Under the pieces are notes generated by a model that worked only from the letters and a program-made list of their open reading frames with translations, searched no databases and was not told where the DNA came from. Below are positions 10,335-23,185 of a stretch of 64,000 nt of DNA, piece after piece. The DNA comes from Negaprion brevirostris (taxonomy: Eukaryota): assembly GCA_030324005.1 (NCBI GenBank), contig JARDVH010000031.1:38535680-38599679 (forward strand), in the 5' to 3' direction. Within the stretch, counting starts at the first letter, position 1, and every line of letters begins with the position of its first letter. The position numbers were made by a program, and so were the translations under genes.

Positions 10335-10643
10335 TCAAACCAAGCCCACCCATTAACCCCGAAGCAGTGGACAAAACCAAATCTACTGTTGATTTATCTT
10401 GGCTACCACCACGCCATGATGGAAGGGGGAAAATATTAGGTTACTTAGTGGAGTATCAAAAAGTTGGTGATGAAGATTGGAAGAAAGCGAATCAAACACC
10501 GGATTCCTGCCCTGACACTCACTTGCGGGTGACGGGTCTGACTGAAGGTGATATGTACAAATTCCGGGTGATGGCAGTCAACCAGGCTGGTACGTCGGAT
10601 CCAGCTTATGTCCGCGATCCAGTTGAAGCAAAAGACAGGCTTG
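10335..10643 (+). CDS. ttn: Titin exon, Fn3
   Basis: CAG|VKPSPPINPEA...EAKDRL|GTGAGT; 309 nt. Confidence 0.96.
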
Positions 10644-10753
10644 GTGAGTGTGTTATAGGAATACAGTGTGGATCATCCCACGATGAAGAATTTTACTCTT
10701 AATTCTGTTTTGTGCAGTTGATTCTGTTCACTCAAATTTTCTTTCTTTTACAG

Positions 10754-11035
10754 AGGCACCTGAATTGTTTGTGGATGCTAACATGACTCGAAATGTGAAC
10801 CTAAAAGCAGGAGCTACTTTAACCCTCAGTGCAAACATAAAGGGAATGCCATTTCCAAGGATCACATGGAAAAAGAATGACTTGGAAGTACCGATGAAAG
10901 CTGATATTGAAATTACTCCTGTTAGGAGCAAGCTTGAAATCCGTAATACTGTTAGAGCTGACAGTGGAAATTACACACTCACTGCAGAAAATGAAGCTGG
11001 AAGCAAGAGTGCTACGTGTATAGTTACAGTATTAG
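10754..11035 (+). CDS. ttn: Titin exon, Ig
   Basis: CAG|EAPELFVDANM...CIVTVL|GTAACA; 282 nt. Confidence 0.96.
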
Positions 11036-11149
11036 GTAACATAGCAGAGCATAAAGATTCTAGGAACAATCTGTGTACTTAATTCAGTTTTCATCTATTT
11101 GTCTTTTTTCACGTAATTACAATATTAAGAATACATTAATTATTTTCAG

Positions 11150-11449
11150 ATAAGCCTGGTCCACCACGTAACCTGAATATCAGTGAAGTTAGAAGAGATT
11201 CATGCTACCTGACATGGAAAGAACCAGAAGACAATGGTGGTGCTGTTATCTCCAACTACGTAATTGAGAAAAGGGACGTTGCAGCTCCTCAGTGGGTCCC
11301 TGTCTCATCCACAACCAAAAAGCACAGTGTTATGGCTAGGTACTTAATGGAAGGCATTCAGTATTTGTTCCGAGTGGCTGCTGAAAATCAATACGGTAGA
11401 AGTAGCTTCATTGAATCAACGAAACCTATAAAGGCAATTGATCCAATAT
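11150..11449 (+). CDS. ttn: Titin exon, Fn3
   Basis: CAG|DKPGPPRNLNISEV...KAIDPI|GTAAGT; 300 nt. Confidence 0.96.
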
Positions 11450-11541
11450 GTAAGTTCTCATTTGTCAAAATTAACATTTCACTCACAGCTTCCGTCCCTG
11501 TTCACAACAGCTAAATTATCATGTTTTCTTTTCTTTGATAG

Positions 11542-11835
11542 CTCCACCTGGCCCACCGAAGAACTTACACCATGTTGATGTGGACAAGACAGAAGTGTCT
11601 CTTCTTTGGAATTACCCAGATCGTGATGGAGGTTCTGAAGTCACAGGATTTTTAGTTGAATACCAGGAGGATGGAGCGCAAGATTGGATTAAATTCAAGA
11701 CTGTTAGCATACCAGAATGTGTCGTAATTGGTTTACAACAAGGAAAGACATACAAGTTCCGTGTTAAAGCTCAAAATGCAGCTGGGCTTGGTCGGCCAGA
11801 TACAACCGTACCTATCCTCTGCCAGGAGAAATTAG
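11542..11835 (+). CDS. ttn: Titin exon, Fn3
   Basis: TAG|PPGPPKNLHHVDVDK...LCQEKL|GTTAGT; 294 nt. Confidence 0.96.
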
Positions 11836-11946
11836 GTTAGTTAGTTACATTGACTCAGATCATTTGCTTTGTGTTTTCCATTGCATTCAATCTGCAACTC
11901 ATTTTTCAAAATACTCATTGGTTTCCTATATGCTTTTGTTTTATAG

Positions 11947-14913
11947 TATCCCCATCAGTGGATATAGACGTGAAGCTGATTGAAGGTCTTGTTGTAAAGG
12001 CTGGAAGCACAGTCAGACTTCCTGCTTTGATGAGGGGTATTCCTCCTCCTTCAGCGAAGTGGGTCACTGACAGTACTGAGATTAAATCAGAAGGCAATTA
12101 CAAAATCGATACTGACAACTATTCAACTGTACTCACTATTAAGGATTGTACCAGAAAACATACTGGTGAATATATACTTACTGTTTCCAATCCAGTTGGC
12201 AGCAAGACAGTGGGTCTACATTTAACAGTCCTGGATGTTCCTGGTCCACCTGTTGGCCCAATCAATATCCTTGAAGTAACACCACAGCACATGATTATCT
12301 CTTGGCGCCCACCTAAGGATGATGGTGGAAGCCCCATCATCAATTACATTGTTGAGAAACGAGAAACCAGAAAGGAAACCTGGGGTGTTGTTAGCTCTGG
12401 GAGCACAAGCACTCAAGTTAAAATTCCCCGTCTTCAGAAAGGATGTGAATACATTATGCGTGTTCGAGCAGAAAACAAAATTGGCATTGGTGAACCACTC
12501 GAGTCTAAACCCACTGTTGCCAAGTACATGTTTGATGTTCCAGGCCCACCCACAAAACCAACTGTTTATGATATCACAGAAAATGCTGTAACAGTTTCTT
12601 GGGGCATACCAAAGTATGATGGTGGCAGCCCAATTATTGGTTACATTATGGAACGCAGAGAAACAACTGGTAAATGGATTCGAGTGAATAAGACGCCAGT
12701 ATTAGATCTAAAAATGAGAACAGTTGGACTTTTTGAAGGAAATGTGTACGAATTCAGAATATTTGCTGAAAATATTGCTGGTCTAAGTAAACCATCACCA
12801 ATCTCCGATCCTGTCTCAGCAAAGCGTCCTATTAGACCACCGGGACCACCAATCAATCCTAAACTGAAAGACAAGACAAGAGAATCTGTTGACTTAGTCT
12901 GGACAAAGCCCAACAAGGATGGGGGTAGCCCAATCTTAGGATACATTGTAGAGTGTCAGAAGGCAAGTACTACACAGTGGAATAGAATTAATAAGGATAA
13001 CTTAATCGAACAATGTGCTTTTAGAGTACCTGGTCTTATCGAAGGTAATGAATATCGATTCCGTATAAAGGCTGCCAATATTGTCGGTGAAGGTGAACCA
13101 AGAGAACTACCAGAATCTGTAATTACAAAGGACATCCTTCATCCTCCAGAGCTAGAACTTGATATTGTTTGTCGTGAGCTGGTCACAGTTCGTGTGGGAC
13201 AAACAATTAGCATAACTGGCCGTGTTAAAGGCAGACCGGATCCAGAAATCACATGGTCAAAAGAAGGCAAAATGCTTTCTGATGACAAACGTGTAAAGAT
13301 GAATAATGACTACCCTGTTATACAGCTCTTGATTAGAGAGGCAACCAGAGCTGACCATGGTAAATATATTGTTGTTGCAAAAAATAGTAGTGGACATGCC
13401 CAAGCTGCTGTTGTCGTCAATGTACTTGATAGACCTGGCCCTTGTAAGAACATCAAGGTCAGCTATGTCACTAAAGATTCCTGTATGCTTGCCTGGGAAA
13501 ATCCAGATGATAATGGAGGCTCAGAAATTACTAACTACATAGCAGAAAACCGTCAACCCAGCCAGAGAGGGTGGTCCGTGATCTCATCTGATTTAACTAA
13601 ACGTGTGGTCAAAGTTCCACTTACAACAAATCATGAATATTTCTTCCGCGTGTGTGCAGAAAACAAAGTAGGACTAGGTCCAACCATTGAAACCAAAACA
13701 CCAGTTTTAGCCATAGATCCCATTGAAAGACCTGGAGAACCTGAAAACTTCCACGTTGCTGACATAGGAAAGACATTTGTCCTGCTTAATTGGAGGCGAC
13801 CCGACTATGATGGTGGTAGTCCTAATCTATCTTATCATGTTGAAAGAAAGTTAAAGGATTCAGCTGAATGGGAAAGGTTACACAAAGGAAGTATTAAAGA
13901 CACTAGTTTCATGGCTGACCGATGTATTGAGAACCAGACCTATCAGTTTAGAGTTCAAACAAAGAATGAAGGTGGTGAAAGCAACTGGGTGAAGACAGAT
14001 TATATTGTTGTTAAGCCAGAAATACAGAAACCAGTCTTGGATCTAAAGCTGACTGGAGTGTTAACTGTAAGAGCAGGTGACACCATCAGAATCGAAGCAT
14101 CTCTCAGAGGCAAGCCTCAACCAGAAGTTGTTTGGGTAAAGGACAAAGATGCAGTTGATCTTAGCAGATCACCTCGAGCTAAGATTGAAACAACTGCTGA
14201 CGCAGCCAAACTCATTATAACTAAATCTAAACGCGAAAACAGCGGCAAATATGTAATCACTGCAACTAATTCAGCAGGTAGCTTCACAGCATATGCAACC
14301 GTGAATGTTTTGGATGTACCAAGTGAAGTCAGAAACTTGAAGGTCTCTGGCATTGCAAGTGATAGGTGTAGAGTCAGCTGGGACCCACCAGCAGATGATG
14401 GTGGCTGTGAAATTCAAAACTATGTTCTAGAGAAGTGTGAAAGCAAGAGAATGGTCTGGTCCACGTTCTCCTCTTCTATAATTGCCGAATATGCAAATGT
14501 TACTCATCTTATTGAAGGAAACGAATATATCTTCAGGGTACGTGCAGAAAACAAAATAGGCACAGGTCCACCAACAGAAACAATGCCAATGGTAGCTAAG
14601 ACACAGTTTAATAGACCTGGTCCTCCAGATGCACCTGAGGTCACTAAAGTTAACAAGGAAGAAATGACTGTTGTTTGGAATGCACCAGAAGATGATGGTG
14701 GAAAATCAATCACAGGATATATACTGGAGAAGAAAGAGAAACGAGCTATTAGATGGATTCCAGTCACCAAGAGTTCAATTCCAGAGAGACGCATGAAGGT
14801 TACAAATCTGATTCCTGAACATGAATACCAGTTCCGTGTCAAAGCTGAAAATGAAGTTGGATTAGGAGACCCAAGCCCACCATCAAAGCCGGCAATAGCA
14901 AAGGATCCAATGG
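11947..14913 (+). CDS. ttn: Titin large exon, 10 domains (Ig-Fn-Fn-Fn-Ig-Fn-Fn-Ig-Fn-Fn); likely equivalent of human exon 304
   Basis: TAG|VSPSVDIDVKLIEG...IAKDPM|GTATTT; 2967 nt open frame. Confidence 0.97.
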
Positions 14914-15018
14914 GTATTTATGTTATAACATTTTTAAAAATTCTCAAAGTACAAATATTTTAATTCCTTGTCACTCTATAAATTTCTCCTGACTCATTTC
15001 CTATCTTTCTGTGCACAG

Positions 15019-15329
15019 AACCTCCTGGCCCTCCAACTGGTCTAAAGGTGGTTGATAGTACAAAGACCTCAATTTCCCTTGGCTGGACAAAGCCAGTGTA
15101 TGATGGTGGTTCTCCCATCATTGGTTATGTTGTTGAAATGAGACCAAAGGGTGTCAGCAAATTACCCGAAGAAGGATGGACGAGATGTAATGTTCCAGCT
15201 CAGCTTGTTCTTACTCAATTTATNNNNNNNNNNAAGAAGAATATGAATTTAGAGTTTCTGCACAAAACCAGGTTGGAATTGGTCGCCCTGCTGAACTGAA
15301 GGAAGCAGTATCACCAAAGGAGATATTGG
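15019..15329 (+). CDS. ttn: Titin exon, Fn3 (last D-zone domain; undersized 10-N gap at 15224-15233)
   Basis: CAG|EPPGPPTGLKVVD...AQLVLTQF[gap][31 protein letters not shown]|GTAGGC. Confidence 0.92.
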
Positions 15330-15445
15330 GTAGGCACTGCATTTTGCCCTTTACCTCCTTTGTGATATAAATAAAACTTCTTTTAATGTAGTAATTTTTT
15401 TGATGGCAACATGATTTCTCACACCAAACTGATTTCTTTTTTCAG

Positions 15446-15730
15446 AACCACCAGAGATTGATTTAGATGCAAGCCTGAGAAAGGTTGTCACTGTCAGAGC
15501 AGGATGTCCAATCAGATTGTTTGCCACTATCAGAGGCCGACCTGCACCTAAAGTTACCTGGAGGAGAATGGGAATAGATAACGTCGTCAGAAAGGGTCAA
15601 GTGGACTTAATTGACACAATGGCTTTTCTTGTCATTCCTGACAGTACTCGTGACGATTCTGGCAAATATTCACTGACACTTGTAAACGCAGCAGGCGAAA
15701 AGGCAGTGTTTGTGAATGTTAAAGTTCTTG
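15446..15730 (+). CDS. ttn: Titin exon, Ig (start of C-zone repeat 1)
   Basis: CAG|EPPEIDLDASLRKV...VNVKVL|GTGAGT; 285 nt. Confidence 0.96.
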
Positions 15731-15786
15731 GTGAGTAATATGCATTCTGTTTTTGTTTTGGATGCTTTCTGATGTAACTTGATCAT

Positions 15787-17110
15787 AGGGAAGGAATTTC
15801 TGAAGTTTGTTGAGGATGGAATCATTACTGGATTTGGTCCGGGGGAAAGTAATGGGCCAAGTGAAAAATATTACAGTGAGGGAAAGCATCTCAGGAATAA
15901 TGAGCATAGATATAGTGAGCTTAGATATTGTGGAGAAGGACAAGTAGCAACATAGAATAAAAATACTCAAATAAAGACGAGTTCATTTTGGTGAATTGAG
16001 CAAGGACTTGGCTCAGGTAAATAGGAATCAAAACTGGCAGACTAAAATGCAATGGTGAAATGGGTGGCCTTAAAAGAGATGGTTCAGGTAACCTATATGT
16101 ATTCCCAAAAGGAACAAGGAGAGGGCAACCAATGCTAAATCTGTTTGGACCTGTTTGCTAATGCTTAAAAAAGCATTAATAGGATGAATCAGTAAGGGCC
16201 TTTTGGCAGATGTCAGTTTGATAATAAAAGAGAGAATATAAAAAGTACAGAGAAGTGAGAAAAGAAAATAAGAAGGATGAAGAAAGATTATGAGAACAGA
16301 TTGACAGCTAACATAAATGAGAATCCAGACATTGTCAAAGGCATATCAACAATGGAAGGTTTGTTAGAGGAACAAAATGGGGAGCCGTTGGTTGAGGCAG
16401 ATGGCTTGACTGAGGTACAAAGGAAATTGTTGTGACTGGGGAGAAATCAGAATAGCTAAAGAGGAGGAACTTGAAAGATTGACATAAAGTGAATAGTTCA
16501 CATGGTCTAGATGGGAATGCTGAGCAGACAAAGGGGTAGAAATTGTGGAGGGGCTGGCCAGAATATGTCAGTCCTCCTTGGACATGGGAGTGATGTCAGA
16601 AGAAATGAGACCTGTTTAAGAAAGTACAAAATAACTTTGACGATTACAGACTAGTCAGTTTAATGTAGGTGATTTTCTGACCTTGTCACCCCAGCACAGA
16701 TCACACCAATCCCAGAGAATAGCGCATGGGCCTAAAAATTGGTTTCTCGCCCGGCACCTTTCTCATTTAAGACAGAAATGAGGAGAATCTTTTGTCTCAG
16801 GAAGTTATAAATCCCTGGAACTCTCTTTCTCAAAAGGCATTGGCAACAGAGGGTGAAATTTTCCCAAGGCTGGGAATTCCTGCCCAAGGTGAATGGACCT
16901 TTGCATGGTCCACTCCTGCCTGCTACAATTCCCACGGTGGGTGGGACAGGAAAATTCCACCCATAGTCTTTGAATACTTTTTAAGATAGAGTAATATAGA
17001 GTTTTGGTTTACTGGGAGCTGGGCAGGAATATGGGGTTGAATCATCTTATTGAATGGCAGAGCAGGTTTGAAGGATGAATGGCCTACTCCTGCTCCTAAT
17101 TCATGTGTTT
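15787..17110 (+). mobile_element. Heavily decayed CR1-type LINE (ORF2 fragments and 3' UTR), interrupted by MITE pieces
   Basis: A-rich remnants of the LDLV..N..GQV..V.V.EHLG.SDH region near 15830-15920; 3' part GAAATGAGGAGAATC...GAATGGCCTACTCCTGCTCCTAATTC at about 16770-17105. Confidence 0.7.
16851..16962. mobile_element. 112-bp MITE inserted in a CR1 3' fragment
   Basis: TIRs GGGTGAAATTTTCC and GGAAAATTCCACCC; 3-bp flanks AGA/ATA; CR1 sequence resumes on both sides. Confidence 0.75.
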
Positions 17111-17209
17111 GCTCTTCAAAAGAATTGGCATAGACTCAATGACTGCTTCTGTGCTTTATTTTTCTAAAATAAAGTCTTGATTTTTATGAAATTTGTTTTT
17201 TGTTTTTAG

Positions 17210-17509
17210 ATACACCTGGACCTGTCTCAGACCTTAAAACTTCAGATGCTACAAAAACTACATGTCATTTGTCCTGGTCACCACCTGAAAATGATGGCGG
17301 TAGCCAAGTGACCCACTATATAGTGGAGAAACGGGAAGCGGACAGAAAGACCTGGGGTGTAGTGATACAAGATTTGAAGAAAACTAGTTTCACAGTGACT
17401 GGCCTGGTACCTGGATGTGAATACTATTTCAGAGTAACTGCTGTCAATCAATATGGACCCGGAGTTCCAAAAGACACTGCCAAACCTATTTTGGCAAGAG
17501 ATCCAATCA
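17210..17509 (+). CDS. ttn: Titin exon, Fn3
   Basis: TAG|DTPGPVSDLKTSDA...LARDPI|GTGAGT; 300 nt. Confidence 0.96.
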
Positions 17510-17615
17510 GTGAGTAATGTTGAGTTGGCCAAAATGCCTTTAGTGATCCTTAGCCTTTCTGAGTAGTATTGATATCAATTAGTCTCAAACTAATAGTTTA
17601 CAATTTGATTTTTAG

Positions 17616-17918
17616 GTGAACCAGATCCACCCAAGAAATTGGATGTCATTGATATAACAAAGAACAGTGCTTCACTGTCATGGTTGCCACCTATTAGAGA
17701 TGGAGGAGCTAAAGTTGATGGTTACATTGTTGCCTATCAAGAAGAAGGCCAATCTGAGAAGCAATGGACACAATACTCTGTAATCAAGGAACTGTCCATT
17801 CTTGTAACAGGTCTTAAGGAAGGAATTAAATACAAATTCAGAGTTGCAGCTAGAAATATCGTAGGAGCCAGCTTGCCCAGAGAAACTGAAGGATTATTTG
17901 AAATTAAAGAACAACTGA
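17616..17918 (+). CDS. ttn: Titin exon, Fn3
   Basis: TAG|EPDPPKKLDVIDIT...EIKEQL|GTAAGT; 303 nt. Confidence 0.96.
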
Positions 17919-18367
17919 GTAAGTAAACAGTTAATTATTTCAATCCAAAATAAAAACAGACTTTTAAGAAAAATTGTGATTGAAGACTTTGAGATTAAGC
18001 AGCAGTCTATTAAAGCTATCAGGAAACTTGAACAACTTGTGCCTTATTAATGTTCTGCCACCAAGCTGCAGCTCACTGCCTTCCTTCCATTGTAGCACTC
18101 AGATCCTTAGCATGTATGACTAGTCACTGGGGGTTGTGGAGGATGCAGATACTGGGGAGGGTAGGAAATCGCTGCCAACAATCCAAAGAAACTCCTGTCT
18201 TTTCTGGCACACTTTCTGGAGTGATCTCCTTTTCAAGTTTTACAATTAGGCTTCTCGATATTTATAGAAATGGGAGTGGCAGATGCTGTCCATTCTTCTT
18301 TCTTTCCCCTTTGAAATTTGTAAATTGACACTGAGCTTCCATTTTAGTGCAGCCTGGCAGGCAAAGG

Positions 18368-18373
<6 letters not shown>

Positions 18374-18443
<70 letters not shown>

Positions 18444-18543
18444 NNNNNNNNNNNNNNNNNNNNNNNNNNNNNNNNNNNNNNNNNNNNNNNNNNNNNNNNN
18501 NNNNNNNNNNNNNNNNNNNNNNNNNNNNNNNNNNNNNNNNNNN

Positions 18544-18617
<74 letters not shown>
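18374..18617. repeat. (CA)n microsatellite spanning a 100-N gap (18444-18543)
   Basis: Perfect CA repeats on both sides of the gap, preceded by GCGCGCG. Confidence 0.98.
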
Positions 18618-18619
<2 letters not shown>

Positions 18620-18719
18620 CTCCACCAAACTTTTCCCCAGTCATCATTTTCAGCCATGAAGTTGAAGACTTGTTGTTTTAACCACTGTAACTTCAAGGTA
18701 GCTTCAAATTTTTTTTAAA

Positions 18720-19190
18720 AGTTGTATTTAAATAGTGCCTCTCAGAGACATTCCAGAGTGTTTCACAGGCAATGAATTATTCTGACATATGGCAACCACA
18801 ATTTTGCAGGCAAGAATGGTAGCCATCTTTCGCAAAAACAGGGGCCGGGATTCTCCAACCTCACCTGCGGCTGGATTCTCCGGTCCCGCTGCAGTGAATG
18901 GAGATTTGGCTGAGTGCCAGATTTTTCCTTCTCACTGGCAGCAGTGGCAGGATAGCAGTACAAGACCAGAGAATTACAGTCAAGATCTCATCAACAGCAA
19001 TGACACTTCGAATGAATACCTTAACAGGGCTTCAGCTTAACATCTTGAAGTATCAAATTAGCATCTCAAACAATCCAGCACTGAGTTAATATTCCACTGA
19101 AGTTGCATCCCTAATCTGATGTTCAAGTCCTGGAGTGGAGCTGAATCCTACAAATTTTTGGAACAAAGGAATGGAACTGAACTGATACTG
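18720..19190 (-). mobile_element. Old Deu-domain SINE remnant (SacSINE1/AmnSINE-like), interrupted by a MITE
   Basis: CTCAGAGACATTCCAGAGTGTTTCACAGGCAATGAA...AACAGCAATGA...GCTTCAGCTTAACATCT...TTCAAGTCCTGGAGTGGAGCTGAATCC follows the recalled reverse consensus of this SINE group. Confidence 0.55.
18842..18981. mobile_element. About 140-bp MITE
   Basis: Left GGGCCGGGATTCTCC, right GAGAATTACAGTC; core GTGAATGGA shared with the 16851 element. Confidence 0.6.
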
Positions 19191-19451
19191 TGTTGGTAGA
19201 AAGTACAAATAATTTCTTGTCAGTAATTGTTAAATTATTTAAGGTGCTGATATATTAGGACTGATTCCCCAATTGTTTGTTGCTGGGGGGGAATTTAACC
19301 AGTTGCCTGTAGTTATGAAAGATTGGGAGCTTCTTGCTAACAATGTGTCCTTGGAAAATTGGCATAGATATGTTTTAAAGATGCATGTAGGTTTTTAACA
19401 AAGGTTCACACTCCTCCATTAACATTGAATTAATACCTTTTTTTTTAATAG

Positions 19452-19727
19452 TGCCACCAAAGATTATCATGCCTGAATTCATAACAATCAAAGCCGGGCA
19501 GAAGCTTAGAATTGAAGCACATGTAGCTGGCAAGCCTGCACCAGTTTGCAAATGGATGAAAGGAGATGAGGTTGTAATGCCATCTAGTCGCCTGGTTGTA
19601 CATAAGACAAAGGATACTTCAGTACTTATCATTAAAGATGTTACCAGAAAAGATAGTGGCTACTACAATCTTTCTGCAGAAAATAGCTCCGGCATCGCCA
19701 CCCAGAAAATACGTGTGGTGATAATGG
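19452..19727 (+). CDS. ttn: Titin exon, Ig
   Basis: TAG|MPPKIIMPEFITIKAG...RVVIM|GTATGT; 276 nt. Confidence 0.96.
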
Positions 19728-19752
19728 GTATGTATATTTGATGCTTTGCGTA

Positions 19753-21270
19753 ATCATAGAATCATAGAAAATTTACACACAGAAGGAGGCCACTTGGCCC
19801 ATCGTTTCTTTTCCAGCTAAAAACAAGCCACCCTGCAATCCCACTTTCCAGCATTTGGCCCATAACCCTGAAGATTACAGCACTTGAGATGCATATCCAG
19901 GCACTTTTTACATGAGTTGAGAGTTTCTGTCTCTTCCATCTTTTGAGGTAATGAGTTCCAGGCCCCATAATCCTCTGGGTGAAAAGATATTTCTTCACTG
20001 CCCCACTAACCTTTCTACCAATCATTTTAGATTTATGTCACCTGGTTACCGTGCTCGCTGGAAAATCCCTTTTCATCAACTCCATCTAGGCACCTCTCAA
20101 TTTTATACAGCTCAATAAAATCTCTCCTCAGACTCCTGCATTCCAAGGAGAAGAACCTCTGCCTATTCAGCCTTTCCTCATAGCTGGAATTTTCCAGTCC
20201 TGGCAATGTCCTCATAAATTTCCCCTGTACCTCCCTAATGCAACTATATCCTTTCTCTAATGCAGTAACCAGAGCTGCACACACTAACCAAATTGTGGCC
20301 TAACTAATGTTTCATATAGTTTCAGTTTAACCTCCCTACTGTTATATTCTGTGCCTCGGCTAATAAGTAAAAGAATTCCATGTGCCATCTTGGCCATTTT
20401 ACCACCCTGTCCTGCTACCTTCAGAGATTTGTATACATTCACTCATTATCTCACATTCCTTCTACACCTTTCAGTGTCCTCCTATTAATTGTGTACTACT
20501 TTGCCGTGTTTCACCTTCCCAAGTGCATTCCCTCAAGCTTCTTTGGATTGAATTCCATTTGCCACTTTTCTGCCCATCTGACCAGTCCAATGATATCTTC
20601 CTGCAGTCTCCAGCAATCCTCCTCACTATCAACCTAACAGCCAATTTTTATCAACTGCGAACCTCCCCTACACTTACATCCAATCATTAATATATACCAC
20701 AAAAAGCAGGAGACCTAATACTGAGCCTTGGGGAAGCCCACTGGAAGCAGCCTTCAGAACCTTCCTGCCATAAATCTAACTTTGTATCCAACTTGCTACA
20801 CCCCTTGGATCACGTGGGCTTTTTTTTAACCAGTCTTCCATGTAGGACCTTGTCAAAAGACTTGCTAAAATCCATGTAGACCACATCAATTCCACCACTC
20901 TGACCAATCCTCCTTGGTACCTCCTCACAAAATTCAATCAAATTAGTCACAGACATGATCTTCCCTTAACAAATGCATGTTTACTGTCCTTGATTAATCT
21001 ACGCCTTTTGAAGTGACAGTTTATCCTGCCCTTCAGAATTGATTCCAAAGGTCAGAATGACTAGCCTATAATTATTTTGTCTATCCTTCACTCCCTTTTT
21101 AAGCAAAGGTACAATAGTGGACCCCCAACCCTCCTGTGCCTCTCCTGTATCCAGTGAAGATTGGAAAATGACAGAGCCTCCACAATGTCCTCCCTAGTTT
21201 CTTTTAACAGCACGAGGTACATTTTATCTGGCTCTGATGATTTATCCACTTTCAAAGATGCTAATGCTCT
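19753..21270 (-). mobile_element. CR1/HER1-like LINE, 5'-truncated, decayed
   Basis: Begins with tail repeat ATCATAGAATCATAGAA; minus-strand remnants EVQGKFMRTLPGLENSSYEERLNR (CR1 ORF2 C-terminus) and reverse transcriptase motif MDFSKSFDKV near 20845-20875. Confidence 0.88.
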
Positions 21271-21407
21271 AATGTTTCCTCTGTCCTAAGGCTACGTAAG
21301 GTTGTGCACTTGAACGAATTAGAGCTGTGTAAATAGTATTCCATTAGTACTGCTCTGTAAAGCAGCATTATTTCATCGTTTCATTCTGAGCACTTTATGT
21401 TTTTCAG

Positions 21408-21707
21408 ATATTCCTGGACCACCACAGCCACCATTTGATATTTCAGAAATTGATGCTGATTCTTGCAACCTGAACTGGCATATTCCATTTGAAGATGGTG
21501 GCAGCAACATAACAAACTATGTAATAGAGAAATGTGATTTGAGCCGTGGTGACTGGGTTACAGCTGTGGCATCTGTAACAAAAACAAATTGTAGAATCGG
21601 AAAGCTTATCCCTGGACAAGAGTACATGTTCCGTGTTCGTGCAGAAAATAGATTTGGTATTTCAGAACCTCTCACCTCTGATAAAATGATTGCTCAGTAT
21701 CAATTTG
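21408..21707 (+). CDS. ttn: Titin exon, Fn3 (absent from the ORF track)
   Basis: CAG|DIPGPPQPPFDISEIDAD...MIAQYQF|GTAAGC; 300 nt. Confidence 0.96.
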
Positions 21708-21800
21708 GTAAGCTATAACAAAGCGTTTGGGCTGCATTTTTTTAAGACATAAAACCTGGCTTCAGAGCTGATGAAAGTTTTTTTTTATTTTTATGTACAG

Positions 21801-22103
21801 GCGTTCCCAGTGAACCAAGGAACGCACGTGTCACAAAGGTGAACAAAGAATGCATATTTTTGGCATGGGACAGACCAGAAAGTGATGGTGGTAGTCCCAT
21901 CACTGGATATGCTATTGAACGTAAAGAGAGAAATAGCCTTCTCTGGGTAAAGGCAAATGACACGTCTGTCCGTGCCACTGAGTACCCATGTTCAGGACTG
22001 ATTGAAGGGCTAGAGTATACTTTCCGAGTCAGTGCACTGAACAGGGCTGGATCTAGCAAGCCTAGTAAACCAACTGAGTTTGTAACAGCTAGGACAGCTG
22101 TTG
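21801..22103 (+). CDS. ttn: Titin exon, Fn3
   Basis: CAG|GVPSEPRNARVTKV...TARTAV|GTAAGT; 303 nt. Confidence 0.96.
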
Positions 22104-22222
22104 GTAAGTATTCTCAAAAATCTTGAAGAAGTTACTTTTATAATTATCTTAAATTCTTTGGATTTTACTTCTTGAAGTTTTTGTGTGTAAACTTAGAAAC
22201 ATGTGCCCATGTTTTACAACAG

Positions 22223-22522
22223 ATCCACCAGGCAAACCTGAAGCCATTGACGTCACGAATAGTACAGTATCTCTCATCTGGGCAAGGCCCAAACATGATG
22301 GTGGAAGCAAAATAATTGGTTATTATGTTGAAGCCTGTAAATTACCTGGTGATAAGTGGATACGATGCAACTCCAATTGTCAAAATGTACCTACTGAAGA
22401 ATTCACTGTTACCAATCTTGAAGAACATGCCCAATATCAATTCAGGGTCATTGCGAAGACAGTAGTTAATATCAGCAGACCATCTGAACCTTCAGATCCA
22501 GTGACCATCGTGGCAGAACACG
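22223..22522 (+). CDS. ttn: Titin exon, Fn3
   Basis: CAG|DPPGKPEAIDVT...IVAEH|GTATGA; 300 nt. Confidence 0.96.
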
Positions 22523-22675
22523 GTATGAATGAATGTCACTTTGTTGTATTACTTTATGCCTGATTTTCATTTTGCAGAACTTGCAATGTCATAAAGAGGA
22601 TGATAAATGTAATATATTAATTTTATTGTACTTGAGAAATATTATTCATATTAAAGTGTTCTTTTCAAATTACAG

Positions 22676-22963
22676 TTGCACCAAGAATTGATTTGGGTGT
22701 CTCCATGAAGTCTCTGATCACTGTGAAGGCTGGATTTAATGTTTGTTTAGACGCTCATGTCTTTGGAAAACCCTTTCCAAAGATCACTTGGAAGAAAGAA
22801 GGCAATGTACTAAAGTCTGGTGAAGGCATTAAAATAGCCAGAGCAAGAAATCTGTGCACACTCGAATTGTATAGTGTACAAAGGAAAGAAACTGGAGAGT
22901 ACACTATTGTGGCAGAGAATGCAAGTGGATCCAAATCAGCTAACGTAAAACTGAAAGTATTAG
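22676..22963 (+). CDS. ttn: Titin exon, Ig
   Basis: CAG|VAPRIDLGVSMKS...VKLKVL|GTAAAA; 288 nt. Confidence 0.96.
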
Positions 22964-23185
22964 GTAAAAGTATTTTAAAATGTTTCATTGGATATGAGTG
23001 AATCTGGTGTCCATTGTACAATAGGTCAATAAAACAAGTATGTGAATTTTCAACTATAAATGTAATTTTTATGCAAACCTGACAAAAAAACAAGATTTTA
23101 AAGCAAATGATTAGTTTCATTTTTAACTCAATTAAAAAAAAATCCAAAATTTTTAATGCATTATTATGTTCTGTGTTCTTCATAG

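Noticed and set aside
18246-18718. HT- and CV-repeat ORFs
   Set aside because: Translations of the (CA)n microsatellite and gap.
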